A stretch of 61,086 nucleotides of DNA, counting the filler. It is 14 parts of 14 records of this genome, joined end to end, with 100 filler letters (N's around TTAATTAATTAA, not from the genome) between each part and the next. Parts side by side here need not be neighbours in the genome. Positions count along the whole stretch, not along the records: positions 1 to 5,948 come from SRR15195285_9649; positions 6,049 to 10,328 come from SRR15195285_9657; positions 10,429 to 14,350 come from SRR15195285_9660; 11 more parts are not named here. One strand, written 5' to 3'. This document shows positions 1 to 10,723 of this stretch, piece by piece; the stretch's first letter is position 1, and each line of letters begins with the position of its first letter. The position numbers and the translations under genes are program-made. The notes beneath the pieces are model-generated. The model had not been told where the DNA came from and searched no databases. It saw nothing but the letters and a program-made list of their open reading frames with translations.

Positions 1-380
1 TATGGTCAATTTCGCCGAAAAATGACATGTGCTACAATGTGCTACATTGTGGCTATAATTGTAGCAATAGTACACGAATAGTACCGCTGAACATGAATTT
101 ACCGTTTGGAATTCCATGCTGTACCGTGTACGCGATACCGGGTTCTTGAGGAGTACCCAGTACAGTACTAGAGTACCGGTCTACTCACTACTGTGTCGAC
201 TCGCCGTGCCCACGGCCGGACGGGTGCAACGATGCGTGCCTCGCCGCGGGGTGCACGCGCGCGGGGTAAATCCCGCGCGACTGCATCGTGCATGATCGCG
301 GCGTCAGCATCATCGCGCGCACGCGCATCGCACGCAGGGAGCGAGCGTATTGCGTATAGCCTGGCGCAGCAGCCTGCGGG

Positions 381-3011
381 ATGGGCATCCTGAGGGTCGC
401 AGCGGCGCTCGTCGGGCTGGCCGCCACGGCTGCTGCTAACGGAGAAGTTGAGCAGCTCACCGTGCACGGCTTCGGTGCCGACCGCGCCGAGGTGCTGGCC
501 GCGAAGGAGGCACGACGGTACCTCGATGTGCTCAGTCTGGCCGACTCAGGCCGACCCTCGCTGACCCTGCACGGCGACGCTGAGGCGAAGGCAGCTGCCA
601 CAGCGCACGCGATCGGGGCCACCGAACACGGCGCAATCTCCATCGTTACCGCCAGCCGCGACCACCCTGTCCACGCGGCCTTCCGTGCGTGGGATGCCTC
701 ATTCGGTGTGGCGCTGGATGCAATGCAGCACCGCGACAGCCACCTGCTCCACAGCCTGCGCACCCCCACTGGCGGCGGGACCGTGGTCGTCTGCGTGGGG
801 GCCACGCCACGCGCCACGCTCTACGCGGCATACTCCCTCGCTGAGCACCTTGGCGCCCGATTCTACCTCCACGGTGACGTGCTGCCGCCACCCATGCGTA
901 GACTGGCTCTGCCGCCACCTGGCTTTTCCCAGCCTTGGACGCCGCGATTCTCCGTGCGTGGGCTGCAGCCGTTCCACGACTTCCCTGTGAGTCATCTGTC
1001 TTTCTTCTCTCGTGGTTCCACTGATCTCGACTCACTCACTAGAATGTCCAGATGGGCCCCGACTTTTGGCAGCCTGAGTTCTGGCGTGCGTTGGCGACAA
1101 ACATGGCGAAGCTCAAGTTCAACTTTTTCGGTGCGAAAAACGTCTTTTCTGAGCCATACTCATCTTGAACAGATCAATTACCGAGCCAGGCTCGGGACCA
1201 ACCAACCAAGGAAAGCTGAGAAAACAAGCTGTTTTCGTCCTTAGGCTTCCATACGTACCCCATTGGTCGAATCCCAGAGCCACTAGTTTGGATCGGCACG
1301 CCGGACGGCTACAACAAGGCTGACGGAACCATCCTGCCTAGTGCGGCGTACGAGACTAGCTGGTATCAGACTTCGGACTTTTATTCATCTACTCTGGCAC
1401 ACCCATCCGTTGCGATCCGAGGGAATGTTCCGGGTCAGAAATCAGTGAACACGTCTACGTTTTGCTGTGGCGCTTCCCTGCTGTTTGAGAGAGATTGTTA
1501 CGGGAGCCAGGCACAGGCTGAGCTCTGCTACCCAGCGCAGAGGGTGCACATGCGGTCATGGCAGGAGTGGGCGATCACGGTGGCGGTGGCTGTAAGCCAG
1601 TCATATCCAAAGCAGTATGCTACTCAGACAAGAACACCTGTGGCAACAAGGTCGTCCAGAACTGCTCGATTCTTCCTCACACGGCATATGTCACCGCGAA
1701 GGATGGTGGAGCAAGGACACAGGTGTCCTGCGCTGAGGCATGTGCCCGCGCGAACTACAGCACCGCTGGCGTGGAATATGGCGTTGCGTGTTTTTGTGGT
1801 GACATCGTAGATGGTAAAAAAGGTATCGGCGGTGAGAAACTACCCCTTGGACAATGTGGTGGCGCGAGTGGCATGGGTGGCGCAGACATCATGCTCGTTT
1901 ATCCGTTCACCTGCACGTACCCGTTGCCACCCGGACCTCCACCTCCCGACCCTACACACGGCAAATGCCCGCCGGGTACAACGCCCAAGCCACAGCCGTG
2001 CCCGACTGAGAAAGGGCACACGTTTTGCCCATCAGACCCCACCAAGTATCAGGTACGTAACTACCCACACACAAGCAAGCTAGGAAGGATAAATGTTCTG
2101 GGGACACAGCTCTCTTTACCCAGATAAGCCCGGGACACTCGTGAGGAAGCATTTGTTGCTTACCACGGGAGCCATTGACTGGCTTGTGGATTGCATTGGC
2201 TTTGTGTGCAGTGCCAACACTTCCCCAAGCCAAACTGCCCCCCGTGCCCGAAACCTGCGCCACCTCCACCGCCGCCACCACCGGTGACGCCCTCGATGGC
2301 ACAGGCCGTTCTCACTGAGTATCTGAGCTGCCATAACAAGCTTTCGTTTGCAGTGTACAACCAAGGCAGAACTGCAGAATTTTCTCTGACACTCATGCCC
2401 TCCGAGTTCTGACCGCCGTCTGCCTGCCATGGTGTGTGAGCGCAGGTACGAGGAGATGGTCCGGCTGCTGCTGGAGTTTACCACCACGCCAGGTACACTA
2501 GGAGTGCTCGCGGCGCACGAGGGCGACAACTATTTTGGATTTAATCGACACGGGATTGCGCTGGGGATTGTACCCAACAGAACATACGCGGGTGTACCTC
2601 GGATGTATGCATCTGCAGTTCGAACGGTGGTCTCCAAGCTGGAGACAGACTTCACGGTAGAGGTACGTTTGCTGTCTCTCACCTGTGAAGTAAATTATAG
2701 CGACGCAGCGTTGCTGACTCAAACTCAATGTGGTTCTGGCCACGATTCCGATGCAGGTGGTAGTGCTCTCTGCAAGGCCGCCAAGCGCGGTGACACTCAC
2801 GCTCAACAGTGGGACTGCCCACACCATGACTGCTGTAGCGGATCAAAAGACAGGCGTGGTCCACTCGCAGGTCTACTCGGCGAAGCTGCCGATGCCGCAA
2901 GCTGACTTCATGTGGCGGGCAACCGCGTCGTTTGCCAGCAGTGTCGACGTCAAGGGGGCAGGAGATTTGCACTATCCAACGGTGGGTGACCAGAGCGTCG
3001 TGGTCGTTTGA
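381..3011 (+). CDS. Secreted glycoside-hydrolase-like protein with WSC domain, spliced; frame break near 1530-1557 (possible pseudogene or internal deletion)
   Basis: Signal peptide MGILRVAAALVGLAATAAANG, then LYAAYSLAEHLGARFYLHGDVLP and RGLQPFHDFP|MGPDFW..NFF|GFHTYP. GT-AG introns at 987-1051, 1131-1244, 2053-2211 and 2663-2756, plus one ending at ~2445 (donor uncertain). WSC-like CAEACARANYSTAGVEYGVACFCG. Ends HYPTVGDQSVVVV-TGA. Confidence 0.6.
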
Positions 3012-3096
3012 CACATGAATCATTATTGTCTTGCATTGTTGACACATACACTCATGTGCGACACGAAGTTGTCCGTCGTCTTGCTTGAGCCGTGCT

Positions 3097-5820
3097 TCAC
3101 TGGCGTGTACTGACAACTGGTCCGAAGGCTGAGGCACTGTCAACCATGAGCTCGCGGAACCAGCCAGCGTGCCATCCAGTCGATAAGCCTGCGTAGCCAT
3201 CAGCCCAGGCGCCATCTTTCACAGTCGCAAGCATCTTGCCATTGATCATCGCCGTCAGCGTCTTACCGACGGCCCTCAGGCTCAGCTGCTGCCACGCATG
3301 TTTCACGTTTGCAAGGTGGCCACCTTCGAGATGGCCTGAGGCCAACGATGTTGCATTGCCCGTGGCATTAAGCCACCACTGCCCACTCGCCGCGAGCGCG
3401 AGTTTGTAGCCGCCAATACTTTCGAACTCGTAGTTGTGTCCCATCCGCACGGTCACTGCCACATACTCCGCCTCTGACGCCGTCGGAGCCAGCCGTGCTG
3501 TGGTAGTGACAGTGTAGTCAGCCCAAGAACTGCTTCCAATGAGCGCTGTTGGCGGGACGCCTTTGCCCAAGCCAGCCCAAGTATCCGGGTCGGAAGCATG
3601 AATGAACTGAGTCAGCACGTTGTTGCTGTCGGCGCCATCGTCGGCAAACGGATTGGAGACCACCCGAAAGATCCCCTGCATATCGGATAGGTATTCGGCA
3701 AAATCACGAAACTTAATTTGCTCTTGGCCAAAGGTAGTCTTGTACGGAAGCGGAAAGGCAGTGCCACCGGTCCACGCAGCGACCGAGCCGCAGCCAGGCG
3801 ACTGGCTTTCCACAGGAGTAATCGACGAGATCGGGTGTGTACCTTTGCGCGCAGAGCTCACCGTCGAAAGCGTGTACAGCGAGTTGGCCTCGAGCTGTAG
3901 CAACACGCAGCATTCCACATCGAGGCTCGGTGGTGCCTGCTGCTCGAATAGGACAGACCTATTTGTGTTCGTGTAGAACAGCACGAGGTTGAGTGCACTG
4001 CACGCTCCCGCCTGCTTGAGGTCAGGATAACACAGCTTGACGGGATTCGCCTCAGCTCCGACGACGATGTCGTTCCAGCCCGAGTTGCCGTAGTCACAGG
4101 AGCTCATCTCGTTATCCATCGTCTCAATCACAGTCGTAAACGTAGTATCAGTCGCTTGACCTTCCTCCGGTGGTGGTACCAGCGTCACGAACGAGCCGGC
4201 GCCAGCACTACGCTCTGCAGTGCCCTCCGTGACGCACCGTGTCTGATTTTTGACTGTGTTCGCCATCGTGCCAGCAGCTGTCAGGCTCCAAGTTTCGCAG
4301 TCGCAGCAGCATGCGCTACAGCAGCACGCATATGTATCTACAATTGCAGTTGCCGCTTGCGCGTTCATATCAAGACAACTTCCCGGCTTAGATGCCGCTT
4401 CGATGTGCCCGAGCATGGCCGTGTGGTTGCGGAACCGCTGCTCCGGCTCCGATGGATCGCAGGGCTCAGAGATTAGGCGGCTGCTTCCCTTGAGCGACAG
4501 ACAGCGCCCAGCGCCGTTGCTGATTGCGCCTATCCCCGCAGCCACATCGGACCACCCCCAGCGCTGGGACGCGCTACCCGCCTGACAAACTTCCATCGTC
4601 ACTGCGCGAGGCAGCGAGTCGGAGTTTACTTGCGCGGGCAGGTACCCGGTACCTTGCTGTTGTCGAATGTATCGCCAGCCAGGCTTCGTGAACTGGGTTG
4701 TATGAGCAGCAACCCAAACAGTGTCGACAACCCCAATCTTGCCCGACCAAGGCTCTGGACTCCAAATCAGCCCTTGTCCGCTGCACGCCAGGTCGCTGTA
4801 CCACGCATAGATGATGCTCCAGACGATGGACGATGTCAAGTTGCCGTCCAAGAAATTGCGATTGAAGAGCTTGGCCAGGCAGCGGCCACCACTCTGCGTG
4901 GCCGGCGTGCTGAACTCCTCGCTACTCCAAAACTTCTGCCGATCCGGCAGAGACGAGAGGTCGCGGTAGTACTCCGGGTTCAGCCTTGCAGGCAGGATGC
5001 TGTTAGGGTAGTGGAGGCCCACGGCTCCGGCGGTGGCGGAGGTTGTCTTGTTGTGGAAGAAGTCTGTCAGCTGCGTGGCCTTGGTCTGAAAGTTGGGTCC
5101 ACAATCAGCGACCACCAGCTGCACGTGCTGCTTGCCACGGCGGTTCAGCTCGGCCCGCAGGTTGACAACCCAGTCTATTTCCCACGGGCTCTCGTTGTGG
5201 AAGCCCAGGTATGAGAGCTCGTGGTCCAGCGTCGCCTCCATCCCGACGACCCAGTCCGCCAAGTAGACGACAGCGGCAGCTCCGAAACCCTCAGGCGCAG
5301 CCTCTACCCACTGAGGGAACGTCCAAGCGAGGCCGTACAGGATGATGTCCGGGTTGCGCGCCAGCGCCTGCTGCGCGAACCAGAGCTCATAACCGCGCGT
5401 CATATTGACGTTGCCACGGGTGCGCTCGTGCGAGTCCTCCGTGCCGATCGTACTGTCGCCGGTGCCCCCGATCTCCAGCTTCAGCACCTGCAGGCTCGCG
5501 CCGAAAGACGGCGAGAACAGGTAATCCAGCACCCACCCACGCTCCGTCTCCGGATAGTCGACCAGCAGCCGCGTCCCAGCACCGGCAGACAAGCCACCAA
5601 TCCCATCGAACTCCGGTCCTACGGCTTCACCGCTCGTGTGGATGCGGACAGTGGCCGGTGGGGCGGTCAGCTCGTCGAGCGTACCGCCGTTCACCGCGGC
5701 GAGCGCAAGCAGCAGCAGCAGCAGCGGCAGCGGCGGTAGCGGTGGCAGCCGTGGTAGCGCGGCGGCAGGCTGCCTTTCCTGGGTTCCCATTGGCAGCTCG
5801 GTCGGCGGCGCAGCCATCAT
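3097..5820 (-). CDS. GALC: GH59 galactocerebrosidase-like enzyme with inserted ricin B-type lectin domain
   Basis: FDGIGGLSAGAGTRLLVDYPE, LDYLFSPSFGASLQVLKLEIGG, RGYELW and LYGLAWTFPQW. Acid/base motif HNE and nucleophile motif WSSEE. AHTTQFTKPGWRY, a signal peptide and a C-terminal lectin-like domain are present. Intronless 907-aa ORF. Confidence 0.92.
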   Translation of the reverse strand: MMAAPPTELPMGTQERQPAAALPRLPPLPPLPLLLLLLALAAVNGGTLDELTAPPATVRIHTSGEAVGPEFDGIGGLSAGAGTRLLVDYPETERGWVLDYLFSPSFGASLQVLKLEIGGTGDSTIGTEDSHERTRGNVNMTRGYELWFAQQALARNPDIILYGLAWTFPQWVEAAPEGFGAAAVVYLADWVVGMEATLDHELSYLGFHNESPWEIDWVVNLRAELNRRGKQHVQLVVADCGPNFQTKATQLTDFFHNKTTSATAGAVGLHYPNSILPARLNPEYYRDLSSLPDRQKFWSSEEFSTPATQSGGRCLAKLFNRNFLDGNLTSSIVWSIIYAWYSDLACSGQGLIWSPEPWSGKIGVVDTVWVAAHTTQFTKPGWRYIRQQQGTGYLPAQVNSDSLPRAVTMEVCQAGSASQRWGWSDVAAGIGAISNGAGRCLSLKGSSRLISEPCDPSEPEQRFRNHTAMLGHIEAASKPGSCLDMNAQAATAIVDTYACCCSACCCDCETWSLTAAGTMANTVKNQTRCVTEGTAERSAGAGSFVTLVPPPEEGQATDTTFTTVIETMDNEMSSCDYGNSGWNDIVVGAEANPVKLCYPDLKQAGACSALNLVLFYTNTNRSVLFEQQAPPSLDVECCVLLQLEANSLYTLSTVSSARKGTHPISSITPVESQSPGCGSVAAWTGGTAFPLPYKTTFGQEQIKFRDFAEYLSDMQGIFRVVSNPFADDGADSNNVLTQFIHASDPDTWAGLGKGVPPTALIGSSSWADYTVTTTARLAPTASEAEYVAVTVRMGHNYEFESIGGYKLALAASGQWWLNATGNATSLASGHLEGGHLANVKHAWQQLSLRAVGKTLTAMINGKMLATVKDGAWADGYAGLSTGWHAGWFRELMVDSASAFGPVVSTRQ

Positions 5821-5948
5821 CGTACGTCAGGCGCGAGTGCGCCGCACGCACAGACCCGCCCCGCCAGGGCCGAGGGCGCCCCAGCAGCAACGAACGATCC
5901 GGCCTACCCGATGCATGTGCCCAGGTTGAAATTCGAAAATTGACTCAC

Positions 5949-6048
5949 NNNNNNNNNNNNNNNNNNNNNNNNNNNNNNNNNNNNNNNNNNNNTTAATTAA
6001 TTAANNNNNNNNNNNNNNNNNNNNNNNNNNNNNNNNNNNNNNNNNNNN
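5949..6048. other. Artificial contig-joining spacer (first of 13)
   Basis: 44 N + TTAATTAATTAA (stops in all frames) + 44 N. Identical spacers start at 10329, 14351, 19308, 22835, 26705, 30222, 34205, 38085, 41776, 48226, 52853 and 56031. Confidence 0.99.
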
Positions 6049-6594
6049 GTACGATTTTCCAATACAGACTGCACAAATGGTGGAAAGGAAGATACCTTGG
6101 GGCTCACCGGTGTTTCGGCATATTGAATTCTCACTGAAAAATCATCGTGAGCGTCGAGCTACTACGGTACGGTAGTCTATTCTACTAAGCAAGATTTGTA
6201 GACTCAGCCAGCCAGACGAGGTGAGGCCCACCAACCGCCGCGGCGCGCGCGTGCGCGCGTACACGCGTGCGTGCGTGGGGTTGCAGCATGCATGCAGGCC
6301 AAGCGTGCATGCGCTCGCGCGACGCTCATACAGTACTAGTACGTCACAACTCCCCGGACGGAGTCCGCCTCGCCGTCCACGAGTGCTTTTCGAGGTCTGC
6401 ACCTGAGCTCGAGCGCTCAGCGCTCAGGTGTCTTCGCGAGCAGTTCGCCACGCACTTCGCAGCTGCAGCTGGCCTGATAGCTGCAGACGAGGGTGGGTTA
6501 AGGCAACACTGACGGACTCACGCGGTCTGTAGATACTAGCTCACTCAGCAATTGTACCGTACCCCAACGAAGAAGGCCCACTGTGAAAGTGTAA

Positions 6595-8911
6595 ATGCTG
6601 CCGCTGCCACGAACGCTGGGTGGTGGGCGAGCGCTGGCAGGTGTGCTGGCGCTGCTGGTATCCTGCTGCTCCGCGCAGCAGCGGCAGGCTCCACCATCGA
6701 TATTGTATGTTCTCGCAGACGATTTGGGCTGGGCTAACGTGGCCTGGACACGGAATGGCGACGACGCAGACGGCGAAGTCCGCACGCCTGTTATGGACGG
6801 CCTGGTGTCCGAGGGGATCGAGCTCACGCGTGCCTACGCGTGGGGGCTCTGCGCACCATCGCGGGCCGCGATGCAGAGTGGACGGCATCCGCTGCACGTC
6901 AACGTGGAGAATGTGGATGTCATGAACTACAATCCGGACGACCAGGTCTCTGGTTACCAAGGGATACCGCTTGGGATGGTCACACTGCCGCAGCTACTTG
7001 CGCCAGCGGGATACCGCTCGTATTTCTACGGGAAGTGGGATGTCGGAATGGCCACTGCTGCCCACACACCACTAGGCAGAGGCTATAACAAGAGTCTGAG
7101 TTACTTTCACCATCACGTTGATTACTGGACAGGTGTCTACCCACAAGAAGACTCAGGACCAATCGGTTACTTTTCAGAGTGCCTTGCCGTCTCGCCGGAG
7201 CTTGGTGCAGGCTTCCGGCCGGTTGATCTTTGGGAGCACAGGGCAGATGGGAGCGAGGGTCCGGCTGTTGGGCGGCTTTCTGACCGCCACGAGTGCGACA
7301 GCAGCGTTGGTGGCACAGGCACGTGGGTGCCGGAATGGTGCCTTGGGGTCAGCGCAGAAGCCGAGGCAGCATGCCCAGCATTTCCAGAGAGAGAAGACTG
7401 CGCGTACATAGACGACGTATTTGCTGCCGAGGCAGCTGCAGCAATCACAGCGCATGTGACTGAGCCTGATCCTGGGCCATTCATGCTGATTTTTGCCGCA
7501 CACGGAGTTCACGCACCACTACAGCTGCCTCGGTCGCGATTGGATCGAGTGCCTATTCACGAGGATTATCCAGACTGGAGGCGACGCCGTTACGCTGGCA
7601 TGGTTACTCAGTTCGACGAGCATGTTGGCTTGCTGAGAGATGCGATAGTGGCTGGTGGCTGGTGGGAAAATAGCCTCATCGTCATGTCTAGCGATAACGG
7701 TGGGCCTCTGTACAACAACGGTGCACCTGGTGCATCGAATTGGCCACTGAGGGCAGGAAAGGGTAGTTCGTTCGAAGGTGGAATTCGCGTACCTTGCTTT
7801 GTTAGTGGCGGGGCGGTGCCTGTACGTGCACGTGGCACGCAGCGTGACGGCCTAGTGACACTTTGGGACTGGTACGCGACATGGGCGGGCCTGGCCGGTG
7901 TGGATGCAAACGATCCCACGACGGAGGCTGCAGCGGTGGAAATTGGTCTACCTCCAGTCGGTGATGACAGCGTGGACCAATGGCCATACCTCATGGGTGA
8001 TGTTGCTACCCCACCACGGCGCAGTATTGCATTAGGCGATACGACAGGAACATTCTTCGCAACCAAGGGGCATTTCGGGGGCGACGCATACACAAGCGGT
8101 ATGTTAGTCGACGAGAGAGATGGAAATGGAGCTGGACCCCTGTGGAAGTTGCTCACCAGGAAGCAAGTCTGGTCAGGTTGGGGAGGGCGGCTCTTCCCGA
8201 ATGGCTCGACAGCAGCCGACCCCGCGCCGTTTGTCGGTTTCGACTGTGGAGAACTCGGTTGCTTATTCGACGTGGCCAACGACGAAAGTGAAACCGTAGA
8301 CCTCTCAGAAGAAGAACCGGAAAAGCGCGATGAGCTGCTTGCCTTGATAGCCACGTGCGCCACATCTGATATTAGATCTTCGTAGCACTGTCGTGCACGT
8401 TTCTTTCAACAATTCTTCCCCGGGACGCAATGGCCCTGGGCCTTCTGCCGGCTGCTGCTTCTTCTCTTATGAGCCTGTGGTGTGTCGTGGATTGTTGCGT
8501 GCTGGCAGATACGACACGACTGTTTTCAGTCCGAACAGAGGCATGGAAGATCCAAACGCCTGCATAACAGCGCTTACCAAGTACGACACGTTTTGGGGAC
8601 CCTGGTTACCTCACTCGGCCGACTTGCCGTTTGTGCCGACGCCCTCGTCTTCGCTTGTCCCAACCGTTTCCTACCTCGACTCGTTCTGGCATCCTCCTCA
8701 AGGATCTCCACCCACACCCAGCAATGTGGCGCAAGATAATGGCAGTACGGACAGCAGCTGGATCAACAGTGCCGCTGTGGTATGCGCCATATTGTTTGTC
8801 GTTGGGATTTGTCTTGGCGTTGCTCGCCGATTGGGGATGCCTGGCACGTTGCTAAAACCAAAGGCTGGCGCCGAAGAGCTGATTGAGATGCAGCAAGTCG
8901 AAATCTCATGA
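6595..8911 (+). CDS. Arylsulfatase B-like (S1 formylglycine) sulfatase with C-terminal TM anchor; 2 exons
   Basis: Signal peptide, ILYVLADDLGW, the FGly motif CAPSRAAMQSGR, GKWDVG, HAPLQ, SSDNGG and NWPLRAGKGSSFEGGIRVP. In-frame intron 8355-8508 (GTGCGC..GGCAG) joins LIAT-YDTTVFSP. TM segment AAVVCAILFVVGICLGVA. Confidence 0.9.
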
Positions 8912-9079
8912 AATTGGCTTGCATTGTCAAGTGATCTTGTTGCCAACCTGTACACTCGAAAGAGCCGCCTGGCGACAATGCGCAACTGCAGATGTCCGCA
9001 CGCGCTGCGATCACCCTGAGAGACTTGACCTTGCTGCTGCACGCACATGCGTGGTTCCACCGATGGTTGAGGTGGCAGC

Positions 9080-10096
9080 TCAGGTACCAGGAAGCACGCC
9101 GCGCGAAGCCGAGGTGGCGTGCGTCTGCGTGTGCGTCTGTGTGTGCGTCCCTTCGAAATCGGTTGCAGCTGCATCAAACCGACCGCCTCCGCCTCCCGCT
9201 GTCGCTCTTCCGGCTTGCCATGGTGTATCGCGCAGACCACGGCTGACGGGCATGATGCCCTCGCGTGCGCACAGCCCACCCCGGGAGCGCGGCCGTGTCT
9301 CTGCCCCGGCCCCGGACGCCGCGCCAGCTGGCGATTGGAAGTCTCCTACAGAAAAAATGTCGCCACCGCCTGGGCCTGGGCCGTCGATGCCAGGGCCTGA
9401 AGGCAGTGGTTGGCGCGATGGAGCGGCCGATGCACCACCGTACGCTCCACCCGGGGGGCCGCCCCCCATCTGTATCGGGCCGGTGCTGCCCGGGCCGCGA
9501 GCGCCGCGAGCGCCGCTCGAGTGTCCGCCACCAAGCGGTCCACCCGTTCGGGCCAGAATTGCCTCCACCTCCGCGCTGCTAGGATTAAACGCACCTGGGG
9601 GACCTCGTTGCTGCGCAGAGGCCTGCTGTGGCTGCCGCCCAGCCGGTTGCCGCCGCTGCGATTGTTGTGGAGCTGGTTCGGGTTGCGGGTCCCACGGGGT
9701 GGAAGCTGCGGCCTGGGCAGCCACTTCCCACGGCTCCGGCGCGGTCTGCGGCTTCTCGGCGAACCTCACGGCACGCTGCGAACCTCGTTCTCTTGCCGCC
9801 GCCAGGGCACTGCCGCCACCGGCGCTACCGCCGCCGCCCGTCGCCGCGCTGCCGCGAACATGATACTCGACCCCACTCACGAGCCCGACAAAGCGGCCTC
9901 GCTCGGCAAAAATGAGCTCGCTGCCACCATCCGCCATCGGAACCTCGAGGTATAGGTCTCCTGGCAGATTGTAGACCATTCGCAGGTTGTCCGACGTGCA
10001 GTGCACAGACTGCACGACATTCCGTCGCCCATCCGGACCGATCACTGAGATGCGATCCGCCATCGCCCACGTGGGGTCCCACCACCTCCCAGCCAC
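9080..10096 (-). CDS. Hypothetical protein: small globular N-terminal domain plus Gly/Pro/Gln low-complexity tail
   Basis: 338-aa ORF. N-terminal ~80 aa look globular (RISVIGPDG...GLVSGVEYHVRG). Start and 3' end are uncertain. Confidence 0.5.
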   Translation of the reverse strand: MAGRWWDPTWAMADRISVIGPDGRRNVVQSVHCTSDNLRMVYNLPGDLYLEVPMADGGSELIFAERGRFVGLVSGVEYHVRGSAATGGGGSAGGGSALAAARERGSQRAVRFAEKPQTAPEPWEVAAQAAASTPWDPQPEPAPQQSQRRQPAGRQPQQASAQQRGPPGAFNPSSAEVEAILARTGGPLGGGHSSGARGARGPGSTGPIQMGGGPPGGAYGGASAAPSRQPLPSGPGIDGPGPGGGDIFSVGDFQSPAGAASGAGAETRPRSRGGLCAREGIMPVSRGLRDTPWQAGRATAGGGGGRFDAAATDFEGTHTQTHTQTHATSASRGVLPGT

Positions 10097-10723
10097 CTCC
10101 CACCACCTCCCGCTGCCCCGCTGCCCCGCTGCCCTGCTGTGCCCCGCTGTGCCCCGCTGTGCCCTGCTGTGCTCTGCTGACCTGTTTGACCTGAGCGGTG
10201 CCCGTCCCTGCAGCTGAGCTGCAACGCCTCTACTGCAGAGGCAACTATCGATCCGACGTACTAGTACGTTCGGCTATAGCAATATCGAGGATAGCTCACG
10301 AACAGGCTGGGTTGGAATCGTGTGGAGTNNNNNNNNNNNNNNNNNNNNNNNNNNNNNNNNNNNNNNNNNNNNTTAATTAATTAANNNNNNNNNNNNNNNN
10401 NNNNNNNNNNNNNNNNNNNNNNNNNNNNGGGGGGGGGGGGGGGGGGGGGGGGCTGTGGCCTGGTTGTCTGTAGGTGTGACTCTGTGGCGCATCGGGGAGG
10501 GGGAGGGGGTTGCAGCCGTAGGGGAAGCTACCCCGGGGCGGCGGAGGGGAGGGGGGTGGGGGGTGGGGAGGTCCCCGCGTGATTGCGTGGGCACGACGTG
10601 CGCCGCCCGGGGCTGTGCCGGTGCGCAGAAGGAGAAGGGGAGGGTCCTCTGTGACGTGTGCAGAGGGTTCGGCAGGGGGAGGGGGAGAGAGAGACTTGAG
10701 GTGCCGTCAACGCGCCAGCGGCC

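Noticed and set aside
10429-10452. Poly-G run at a contig start
   Set aside because: Likely a sequencing or assembly end artefact.
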